A stretch of DNA of 64,000 nt. Source: an uncultured virus (IMG/VR IMGVR_UViG_3300050334_000070). Its lineage: Duplodnaviria > Heunggongvirae > Uroviricota > Caudoviricetes. Positions 50,221-57,854 of the stretch are shown piece by piece. The translations under genes were made by a program, and so were the position numbers. Positions within the stretch are counted from its first letter, which is position 1; every line of letters starts with the position of its first letter. The notes below the pieces were generated by a model that worked only from the letters and a program-made list of their open reading frames with translations, was not told where the DNA came from and ran no database searches. The stretch lies in the IMG/VR virus record IMGVR_UViG_3300050334_000070, one strand, 5' to 3'.

Positions 50221-50255
50221 GTACATTAACGCTCTGTTTTGAGGGAAAAGCAAGG
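50221..50255 (-). promoter_or_regulatory. Repeated 35-bp promoter-like motif, copy upstream of 49470..50153
   Basis: CCTTGCT-N12-CAGAG-N5-ATGTAC. Confidence 0.6.
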
Positions 50256-50261
50256 ACATTT

Positions 50262-51515
50262 TCAAGCGATCTGTGTTTCCGCATAAGGAATTTTTTCATC
50301 CCCGCGCAGCAGGAATGCTGCGTTATCCCCGAACTGGGAAACATAGCGCTTTGCAATCACATCGCAGTACTTCGGGTCAAGCTCCATCATGAAGCAGGCC
50401 CGCCCGGTCTGCTCAGCGGCAATCATTGTCGTACCGGAACCTCCGAACAAGTCCAGCGCCAAATCTCCCGCACGGGAACTGTTGAGCATGGCCTTTGCCA
50501 CAAGCGAAACAGGCTTCATGGTCGGGTGCTCCTCCGACACTTTCGGGCGGGGTATCTCCCAGACATCCGACTGCTTGCGGTCTTTAAGCGGGCATAGGCG
50601 CGTCCCCTCCAGCCATCCGTACCAGATCGGCTCGTACTGGGTATGATAGTCCTTGCGGGACAGCACCAGGCTGTCCTTTTTCCATATAATCGTGCTTGAC
50701 CAGTGATACCCCGCCTCCCGCAGGACGTTCATAACGTTGCCCCATTCCTGGGCACTCATCACCACATAGGTCATGCAACCGGCCTCCGAAACCTCGCGCA
50801 TGCAGCTAAAAGCGCGCAATAAAAAAGCGCCGAATTCCTCGGTGCTCATCCTGTCGTTTAGAATTTGCCTCGGTTTCCAGCTTGGATGCCTGGTATCCGA
50901 GCCATAATCCACGTTCCACGGCGGGTCCGTAAACACAAACCGCGCCTTTTTGCCGTCCATCAGCAGCCGCACGTCCGGCAGGGAGGCGCTGTCGCCGCAC
51001 ATCAGACGGTGACTGCCAAGCATCCATATGTCGCCCCTTTGGGTAACCGGAGTTTTGATTTCCGCTGCCGCCTTTTCTGCATCGAAATTATCCTCTTTGA
51101 CATTAGCGGTTGATTTATCACGGAACAACTCATCAATTTCCGCAGCATCAAACCCGGTAAGAGAAACGTCAAAACCATCTTCATTTAAATCCATAAGCAG
51201 ATCGGTCAAAAGCGGAATATCAAACTCGCCGCTGATTTTATTGAGCGCCACATTGAGCGCCTTTTCCCGCTGCTCGTCCAAATCAACCACAACGCAGTCG
51301 ATTTCCTTGTATCCCAAGGCAGTCAATACCTTATGCCGCTGGTGGCCGCCGACGATATTCCCTGTTCGCCTGTTCCATATGACCGGCTCCACATATCCGA
51401 ACTCCTCAATGGAGCGGCGAAGTTTTTCGTATTCAGAATCGCCCGGCTTTAAGTCCTTCCGCGGGTTATATTTTGCAGCTTTTAATTTTTCTGCAGGTAT
51501 TTTCTGTATCTCCAT
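50262..51515 (-). CDS. ParB-like N-terminal domain plus DNA methyltransferase (DPPW)
   Basis: YNPR, VGGHQR, HRLMCGDS, TDPPWN, HPTMKP, DLFGGSGTT. Confidence 0.9.
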   Translation of the reverse strand: MEIQKIPAEKLKAAKYNPRKDLKPGDSEYEKLRRSIEEFGYVEPVIWNRRTGNIVGGHQRHKVLTALGYKEIDCVVVDLDEQREKALNVALNKISGEFDIPLLTDLLMDLNEDGFDVSLTGFDAAEIDELFRDKSTANVKEDNFDAEKAAAEIKTPVTQRGDIWMLGSHRLMCGDSASLPDVRLLMDGKKARFVFTDPPWNVDYGSDTRHPSWKPRQILNDRMSTEEFGAFLLRAFSCMREVSEAGCMTYVVMSAQEWGNVMNVLREAGYHWSSTIIWKKDSLVLSRKDYHTQYEPIWYGWLEGTRLCPLKDRKQSDVWEIPRPKVSEEHPTMKPVSLVAKAMLNSSRAGDLALDLFGGSGTTMIAAEQTGRACFMMELDPKYCDVIAKRYVSQFGDNAAFLLRGDEKIPYAETQIA

Positions 51516-51520
51516 AAATG

Positions 51521-52828
51521 CTAATCCTCCAGTCTGACCGCTTTTTCGCCGGTGAAGTCCTCCCAGCGTTTAACCGCCAAATCGCAGTATACAGGCGATA
51601 GCTCCATCGCATAGCATTTACGCTCGGTCTGTTCTGCCGCGATGATAGTGGTGCCGCTGCCGGAAAACGGCTCCAGCACAATGCCTCCAAGATCAGAGTG
51701 CATTTTGATGCAGCGCCATGGAAGCTCCACAGGAAACATGGCCGGATGCTCCTTGTTTGCCCGGACAGTGGTCATCTCCCATATGCCCGCATATCCCCAC
51801 TTCTTTCGCTCCTCCTTGGTCAGCCGCTTCACGAATTTATAACTGTGCCCGGCGAACGCCGAGAGCCACATATACTCCTGATCGTTATATTCCTCTGCCT
51901 CGCCGTTATTGCTGAACGCCGAAACGTATTCATACTGCTGAACCGGCTTGTTTGAAACAAGGTGATAGGGTCCAACGCCGAAGTTTTGCCCTTGCTTCTT
52001 CCAAATACGGATCCATATAGGGCGAAAGCCGTTGTCCAAAAACATATTCACGCTGTAAACGCTGGTGGGCTCAATGAACTGGGAGCCGGTAGCATAGAGA
52101 TCACCTAAGTTCCAGCAGACAATATCCGCATGCCTGCACAGATTTTTGATCACCGGGCGGACGGTTTCAAACCACGGCTCAATTCCGGCCTTCTCATATT
52201 CTTTGCCTACACCGTATGGCGGGGAGGTAACTGCCACCTGTGCGTGACCTCCGTCCATGAGCTTTGCGAAGTCAGCCTCGCTCGTGGAGTCGCCGCACAT
52301 CAAACGATGATTCCCGAGAAGCCAGATATCGCCCCGCTTTGATATTGGTTCGCGCTGCACGATTTCCTCGTGCGCCTTGTCTATGTCGAAGCTGTCCTGC
52401 ACCGCTTCCTTGGAGTACCATCGGTTAAGCAGTTCGTCTATTTCAGAAGCGTCAAAACCGGTAAGCGACACATCGAATGCTCCTGCATCAAGCTCGGCCA
52501 TCAGTTCTGCCAGCTTGTTTTCGTCCCACTCGCCCTGAATCTTGTTTAAAGCAAGATTGAGCGCTTTTTCCCTCTGCGGGTCAAGCTCCACTACAACGCA
52601 GTCGATTTCGGTCTGCCCCAAATCCAGCAGCACCTTCAGCCGCTGGTGGCCGCCTACCACATTGCCGGTCTTCTTGTTCCAGATAACCGGCTCCACATAG
52701 CCAAATTCCTCTATCGAGCGTTTAAGCTTTTCATATTCCTTGTCGCCGGGCTTTAAGTCCTTGCGCGGGTTGTATGCTGCAGGATTTAACATCTCAGCTT
52801 TGATTTTCTGTATGTCCAAATCAACCAC
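51521..52828 (-). CDS. ParB-like N-terminal domain plus DNA methyltransferase (SPPY)
   Basis: YNPR, VGGHQR, TSPPY, HPAMFP, EPFSGSGTT. Confidence 0.9.
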   Translation of the reverse strand: MVDLDIQKIKAEMLNPAAYNPRKDLKPGDKEYEKLKRSIEEFGYVEPVIWNKKTGNVVGGHQRLKVLLDLGQTEIDCVVVELDPQREKALNLALNKIQGEWDENKLAELMAELDAGAFDVSLTGFDASEIDELLNRWYSKEAVQDSFDIDKAHEEIVQREPISKRGDIWLLGNHRLMCGDSTSEADFAKLMDGGHAQVAVTSPPYGVGKEYEKAGIEPWFETVRPVIKNLCRHADIVCWNLGDLYATGSQFIEPTSVYSVNMFLDNGFRPIWIRIWKKQGQNFGVGPYHLVSNKPVQQYEYVSAFSNNGEAEEYNDQEYMWLSAFAGHSYKFVKRLTKEERKKWGYAGIWEMTTVRANKEHPAMFPVELPWRCIKMHSDLGGIVLEPFSGSGTTIIAAEQTERKCYAMELSPVYCDLAVKRWEDFTGEKAVRLED

Positions 52829-53372
52829 CTCTCCTTGCTGTCAGGAGTTTTTCCATCACATCGTCGTGCGGCGTTGCCCCTTTGTATTCACCGGCGCAGT
52901 TTTCGCGCACTACTTGGTAAATCTGATACCACAGGTTGTTGGCCTGCTTCATGAAGCTTTGACTCATAGCCACATAAGGCGACGGGATAGCGTTGCCGGT
53001 GGTCGGATGCTTGGCAAGAAAGCCAAATTCAGTGATACATTCCTCGCACTGGATCCACCGCGCCACACTCTGGGCATATTGCTCTATAAGCTGCGCAGGG
53101 ATAAGATGAACACACCTGCGTTTCTTAAGCCACTGCCATGTTTTTTCGTATATTTCCACCGCCAATGTTGTTTTGCCGTTCTTCTGCTTTGCAGCAAGAT
53201 AATCCCTCGGTGGCGGCATGCTCTCTCCTTCCAGTTCCGCAGCATCCGTAAACTCCATTACCATGAGCTTTCGTCTGCCGGGGTTTCCTTCCAAAATCTT
53301 ATCCGCCAGAGGCTTTTTCTTCTGTCCTGCACCGATACGTGCCCCGCCGCGGTTGGTACCGTCCTTTGCCAT
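52821..53372 (-). CDS. Terminase small subunit (P27-like)
   Basis: MAKDGTNRGGAR.GAG, GNPG.R; follows HNH. Confidence 0.85.
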   Translation of the reverse strand: MAKDGTNRGGARIGAGQKKKPLADKILEGNPGRRKLMVMEFTDAAELEGESMPPPRDYLAAKQKNGKTTLAVEIYEKTWQWLKKRRCVHLIPAQLIEQYAQSVARWIQCEECITEFGFLAKHPTTGNAIPSPYVAMSQSFMKQANNLWYQIYQVVRENCAGEYKGATPHDDVMEKLLTARRGG

Positions 53373-53419
53373 ACACATCACCTCGATTCCTGTAAAAATA
53401 AACAGGGGATATACCCCGT

Positions 53420-53495
53420 TTGAAACTGCGATTTTTCGCGCGTGACCCCCCGCCCGTTGCACGAAACATAACCACCAGAGATTTTGACCCCCCTA
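53420..53495. other. Candidate cos region
   Basis: GC-rich GGGCGGGGGGTCACGCGCGAAAAATCGC between HNH and terS, the usual cos location in HNH-TerS-TerL phages. Confidence 0.45.
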
Positions 53496-53852
53496 CCGTC
53501 TTGCCCACCGCTCCCCTTCGCGGGCAGTAATCGATGAGTGGCATTGCTTACACAGGCTCATAAGGTTGCTGTCTGCATTGGTTCCGCCTTTGGATAAAGG
53601 GATGATATGATGTACCTCTTCAGCTGGTGTAAGCCTTCCGTACTTTTGGCACTCCTGGCAAAGCGGATGTTCTGAGATATATCTGTCCCGGATGCGCTTC
53701 CATGTCCTGCCGTATCGTTTCCTTGTTTGAGGATCGCGCTCATATTTGTTGTAGTATGAGTCGGCTTGTTTCTGGTGTTTCTCGCAGTATCTTCCGTCCG
53801 TCAGCTCCGCACAGCCGGGATAGCTGCACGGGCGCTTGGGTTTTTTCGTCAT
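53493..53852 (-). CDS. HNH endonuclease (packaging-associated)
   Basis: PLCQEC, EVHHIIP..GG....NLMSLCKQCH. Confidence 0.9.
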   Translation of the reverse strand: MTKKPKRPCSYPGCAELTDGRYCEKHQKQADSYYNKYERDPQTRKRYGRTWKRIRDRYISEHPLCQECQKYGRLTPAEEVHHIIPLSKGGTNADSNLMSLCKQCHSSITAREGERWARR

Positions 53853-53871
53853 AGTCCCATCTCCCATGCAC

Positions 53872-53982
53872 AGAAAAAGCCCTCAGGGCGTTTGCCCAAA
53901 AGGCTTCTGTGGCTTTAACATATTATTTCATGTTATCAGTATAGCACAGATGAAAACAAACAAACCGCCATCAAACCGCCAT
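53872..53982 (-). promoter_or_regulatory. Putative late promoter with tandem activator repeats and a leader terminator
   Basis: CAAACCGCCAT twice (53961-53982), extended -10 TGCTATACT (~53938-53946), then hairpin plus T tract at ~53872-53908. Confidence 0.55.
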
Positions 53983-53985
53983 CTT

Positions 53986-54438
53986 TTATTTGCCGAACAG
54001 CATCAGTGAAAGACGGGAAAGCGCCTTGCTTCTCAGGCGTTCAATCTGTCTTTCGCTGTAATTGAGCTCGCACTGAAGCCTTGAAGCCGCCCCGGAACGC
54101 TGATTGCCTGTCATGTAAAACTCACGCAGGATATGCTGTTCCTCATCTGTCAATGCGCCCCACGCCGGTTCAAACCAGCCCATGTATTCTATCGCCTGAC
54201 GGTAGCGTTCCTGAAGCACGTCCAGCTTATCCAGAGACTCCGCCAGCGCTTCCTCTCCGCTTCGCGGGTTCCACACCCTCGGAAGGCCGGTTATCTTAGC
54301 CGTCCGGGGACTGATCATCCGGTCGTAAAGTTCCTTTATTTCCTGTGGCGTAATGTTGATGACATTCCGCATGCTGTTGTAGTCCTTGATGGCGGCGATC
54401 GTCGCCGCCGGTTTGTCTATGTATCTCCACGCTATCAC
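53986..54438 (-). CDS. ArpU/RinA-like late transcriptional regulator
   Basis: C-terminal sigma4-like HTH (LTDEEQHIL..FY...YSERQI.R....AL..L); position before HNH/terS. Confidence 0.7.
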   Translation of the reverse strand: MIAWRYIDKPAATIAAIKDYNSMRNVINITPQEIKELYDRMISPRTAKITGLPRVWNPRSGEEALAESLDKLDVLQERYRQAIEYMGWFEPAWGALTDEEQHILREFYMTGNQRSGAASRLQCELNYSERQIERLRSKALSRLSLMLFGK

Positions 54439-54745
54439 GGGCGCCCACCTCCAAGTTTTCAAGAATGGATAAGCCGTTTATAACAGTTCTGACATCCTCG
54501 ACACTTGTAACATTGTAGGCCTCGCCCTTTGCAGCCTTGATTTTTCGCATCGTTGCTTCCTGAAGCTTTGTCAGCCTGCCGGACGCTGCTTTCACCTCAA
54601 AGGCGACAAACCTGCCTTTAATGCAGCAGATGATGTCCGGCAAGCCGGCTGTGCCGTACATGCCGCCATGCTCCTTCCAGCAGAAGCATTCCGGCACAGA
54701 CTTTAAATACCTCATGATTGCGGACGTAATTTCCTTTTCCGCCAT
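54296..54745 (-). CDS. VRR-NUC domain protein with run-on C-terminus
   Basis: GLPDII....GRFVAFEVK...G.L..LQ. Confidence 0.85.
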   Translation of the reverse strand: MAEKEITSAIMRYLKSVPECFCWKEHGGMYGTAGLPDIICCIKGRFVAFEVKAASGRLTKLQEATMRKIKAAKGEAYNVTSVEDVRTVINGLSILENLEVGARDSVEIHRQTGGDDRRHQGLQQHAECHQHYATGNKGTLRPDDQSPDG

Positions 54746-54760
54746 AATTTCACCTCATTT

Positions 54761-54933
54761 TTTTGACGGGTTTGACAGGAAATCCACATACCTTTATATA
54801 TATTTCATTTTTTCTCTATACCTATCTAATCCCTGGTTTCATGCAAAAGAAAAGGAAAAAACCCGTCAAATCCGTCAGAAGCAAGCTGTAGTAAGGTTTT
54901 CGCTGGTCTTAAACCCGTCAAAGGCCGTCAAAA
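54761..54933. other. Candidate phage replication origin
   Basis: TTTGACGGGTTT (54762) inverted to AAACCCGTCAAA (54859, 54911), further CCGTCA copies, AT-rich core; immediately after the primase. Confidence 0.55.
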
Positions 54934-54934
54934 A

Positions 54935-57433
54935 CTACTCCCGCAGCCGCAAGCCGCGCCACGTTCGCCGCTTGCCCAGCTTGTCTACCGCTCTGCAGAC
55001 CTGTTCTCCGTACGATTCCACATCCTTGTTGAAATTGGCCTGGGACATTGGCTTGAAGCCGTTTTTCAAGCAATAGTCCCTGTATGCCTGGAACAGCTCC
55101 TCCCGGACGCATTCCGCATCGTCTTCCAGCACGCAGCATTCCTCCACAAACGACAGGGTGCTGTTGCTCTCCACCTTGTATCTCTGCAGCTCCGCTTTCG
55201 TGCTTTCGGTTTCCGTAAACGCATAGCTGTTCGCAATCAGACGTTTGAGCCCTTCAAGCGCCCACATAAAGATGCCGTCACGTTCCGCCGCGAGCTTCTC
55301 TATCAGGTTCGGATCACGCTTTTCCGGCGGCACCGGGTTTTCGAAGCGGATGATAATGAGTCTGCGGTAAAACCCCTCGCTTCGGTCTCCGTAGTTACGG
55401 GGGATCTCGTTGCAGGAAAACAAAAGCCGGGCGTAAGGCTTGAAGCTGAACGGATTCTTGTTCTTGCGTTCGGCAGTGATGTAGTCCTCTCCCGTCAATG
55501 CCTTGAAAATGCCGTTGTCGTCCACGCTTTTTGAAGGCAGGTCGGCAAAGATGTTTGCAAGTTTCCCGAACAATTCTGCTGTCTTGAACCGGTCGGAAAG
55601 CGACTGCCACGGGATGTTGCTGACGTTTTCGCCCCCGAGCAGGATTTCCTGCGCCACTGAAAGAAGCGTCGATTTGCCCGCGTTGGGCGCGCCCACCAGA
55701 ACAAAGCTTTTCTGCGCCTTGTTGACCGGGATGAGCAGGTATCCAAAGATCTCCTGCATCAGATAGATTTCCGCGTCTCCCAGAATGCTCTCAAGGAAGG
55801 CCATGAATTTCGGACACTTTGCGCTTTCATTGTACGAGGCTTTAAGCTGCACCGTAGAATAGTACTCCGGCGTGTGCGCCTTGAAGCTCCCGTCCAGCAC
55901 GTTATACAGCCCGTTTTTAAGGTTGATGATAAACGGGTTGCAGTTGATTTCCCGGATGGGCTTGTAGATGAGCATGCGCCACTGGCCTTCGGCGTCGTTG
56001 ATCGCCGACATGGTTGCGTACCGCTCGATAAGATGCCCGCGCACTTTAGCCGCCGCCTGCAGATCGGATGCAGCCTTGTATACGCCGTTTTCGTAGATGT
56101 AATAGCTTTCTGCACCGTAAAAGGCGCTGACGTTTTTGGACATATGGCTTGCCAGCAGGCCCGGGATAAAGCGCAGCCCGCCACGCTCGGAGGGTTCGTA
56201 CCAGTCCGGTAGCTCTGCGCCCATGGTTTCACGTTTTGTTTCCTTGCTTTCGCGGTATTCCTTGTATAAATCCTTCTGCAATGCGGAAAGGGATTTTACC
56301 GCTCCGGCTTTCAGTCCAAAATGCTCCTTCATTTCGTATTCAATGAACGTGCTTGCTACGACCGGATCCGCATTGTATAAAAAATCCCTTATGAATTCCT
56401 GCGCTTTCTGCACGTTGTCCACAGCCGACTTTGCAACCGGCTGCCCGGACAGAAATTCGCGCAGTTCCTCCACAGCCAGCGGCTTGTAGCAGAGGGCGGC
56501 AGGCGCCTTGCATCCGCAGGAGCTGTCCTCAAACTTGGGGCACTTGAAGCCTTTTCCCGTGATCGTTCTGCAGGTGATGGGTTTCGTGCCGCTCTCCAGA
56601 AAATGATTAATTTTGTCCTGCGTTTCTTTATGGCTGTACTTAGGGTATGGCTTTGACAAGGCGTGGATCAGCCGCTCGCCGCCCTCAAAAACCGCAAGGT
56701 TTGAAATCATCGCATACCAGTCATGCTCAGAGAGCGTTTCTGCATTGTCCCTGCATTGCTGTATAAACAGGCAGCGCCTGCCGACCAATTCAAGTCCTTT
56801 TCTCGTTCCTTTCGGAGCGGGCGTTCCGGGTTTCGGTTCTTCCCGGATATCCGGCAGCGCCGCTTCAAGCTCCTCCTGCGTGTAGCGCAGCTCGGGGCTG
56901 AATTTGATGCATTCCACCATGACAGGCTCTTCCTTGCAGTGGTAAAAGCCTGGCAGGCGGAGCACCCGGCTTTCGTTGACGCAGGCCGGATCACCGTTGA
57001 ATTTGGCAATCAGGCGTTTTTGCACCCTGCGGAAATCCTCAACTTTTGCATCCTTCATCAGCCAGTATGTGTGCAGCGATTTTTTCGTCCTGACAATCAG
57101 CGACGGCTCGACTGGAAACGCTTCAATTGCGGCAAGCTGCTCCTCGAAGCTCAGGCTGTCGCACTCCACAAACTGCGCGTTGATGCGGGTAATGTCCGCG
57201 TCCTCATGGCCACCGCAGTTGACGACAAAGAAAATGCCCCGGTTCTTTGCGTTATGTTTTTTTAAAGTTTCCATCATGCTGCCGATCCTGCCCGCCGGGC
57301 ATTCCAGCTTAGCGCCCTTGAAGGCCGGATCTTTCCGGTCGCTGAATATCCGCAGGCAGACCGTTTCGCCCGCGTCGAAAAACGGGCGCAAAAACTCCTC
57401 GATGGGAATATTGAGCGCTTTAACCCCTTGCAT
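54935..57433 (-). CDS. Primase-helicase (RepB-like primase, D5/P4-type SF3 helicase)
   Basis: SLHTYW, LRLPGF, INLKNG, GAPNAGKS, FKALTGED, FYRRL. Confidence 0.9.
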   Translation of the reverse strand: MQGVKALNIPIEEFLRPFFDAGETVCLRIFSDRKDPAFKGAKLECPAGRIGSMMETLKKHNAKNRGIFFVVNCGGHEDADITRINAQFVECDSLSFEEQLAAIEAFPVEPSLIVRTKKSLHTYWLMKDAKVEDFRRVQKRLIAKFNGDPACVNESRVLRLPGFYHCKEEPVMVECIKFSPELRYTQEELEAALPDIREEPKPGTPAPKGTRKGLELVGRRCLFIQQCRDNAETLSEHDWYAMISNLAVFEGGERLIHALSKPYPKYSHKETQDKINHFLESGTKPITCRTITGKGFKCPKFEDSSCGCKAPAALCYKPLAVEELREFLSGQPVAKSAVDNVQKAQEFIRDFLYNADPVVASTFIEYEMKEHFGLKAGAVKSLSALQKDLYKEYRESKETKRETMGAELPDWYEPSERGGLRFIPGLLASHMSKNVSAFYGAESYYIYENGVYKAASDLQAAAKVRGHLIERYATMSAINDAEGQWRMLIYKPIREINCNPFIINLKNGLYNVLDGSFKAHTPEYYSTVQLKASYNESAKCPKFMAFLESILGDAEIYLMQEIFGYLLIPVNKAQKSFVLVGAPNAGKSTLLSVAQEILLGGENVSNIPWQSLSDRFKTAELFGKLANIFADLPSKSVDDNGIFKALTGEDYITAERKNKNPFSFKPYARLLFSCNEIPRNYGDRSEGFYRRLIIIRFENPVPPEKRDPNLIEKLAAERDGIFMWALEGLKRLIANSYAFTETESTKAELQRYKVESNSTLSFVEECCVLEDDAECVREELFQAYRDYCLKNGFKPMSQANFNKDVESYGEQVCRAVDKLGKRRTWRGLRLRE

Positions 57434-57854
57434 GTTCCTTCACCTCCGCGCATTGCCCGGTGAAATGCCGGACGGGGATGCTGAGCCGTTTCGCCTTTTC
57501 CAGTTCTATCGCCATGCCGGGGGATATTTTATTACCGAAACACCACAGTTCATGGCATTTTGAGAGCAGAACCAATCCCATAAAGATGGCAAGGTTCCTT
57601 TCGGCTTTGTCGCTATCATCCATAAACTGCGGAAACAGCAGATGGGGGGCCAGCGGTATTACGCCTTTCATTACGGCAAACCGGCAGTAACACCTTGCCC
57701 GCTCCAAATTATGCTCAACATCTCCTGCCAGCGGCGAGCAGATGAACACCAGCGGACGGAATGCCGCTTTTTTTGCTTCCCGCTCAATGGCAAGCAGCGC
57801 TTCATAAGCCGTCAGATCAAGGTATCCTTCGGCGTTGTATTTGCTTATGCTCAT
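57420..57854 (-). CDS. DUF4406-like (nucleoside deoxyribosyltransferase fold) protein
   Basis: FICSPLAG, PLAPHL.FPQF, C.ELW.FG..IS.GM..E. Confidence 0.75.
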   Translation of the reverse strand: MSISKYNAEGYLDLTAYEALLAIEREAKKAAFRPLVFICSPLAGDVEHNLERARCYCRFAVMKGVIPLAPHLLFPQFMDDSDKAERNLAIFMGLVLLSKCHELWCFGNKISPGMAIELEKAKRLSIPVRHFTGQCAEVKEHARG

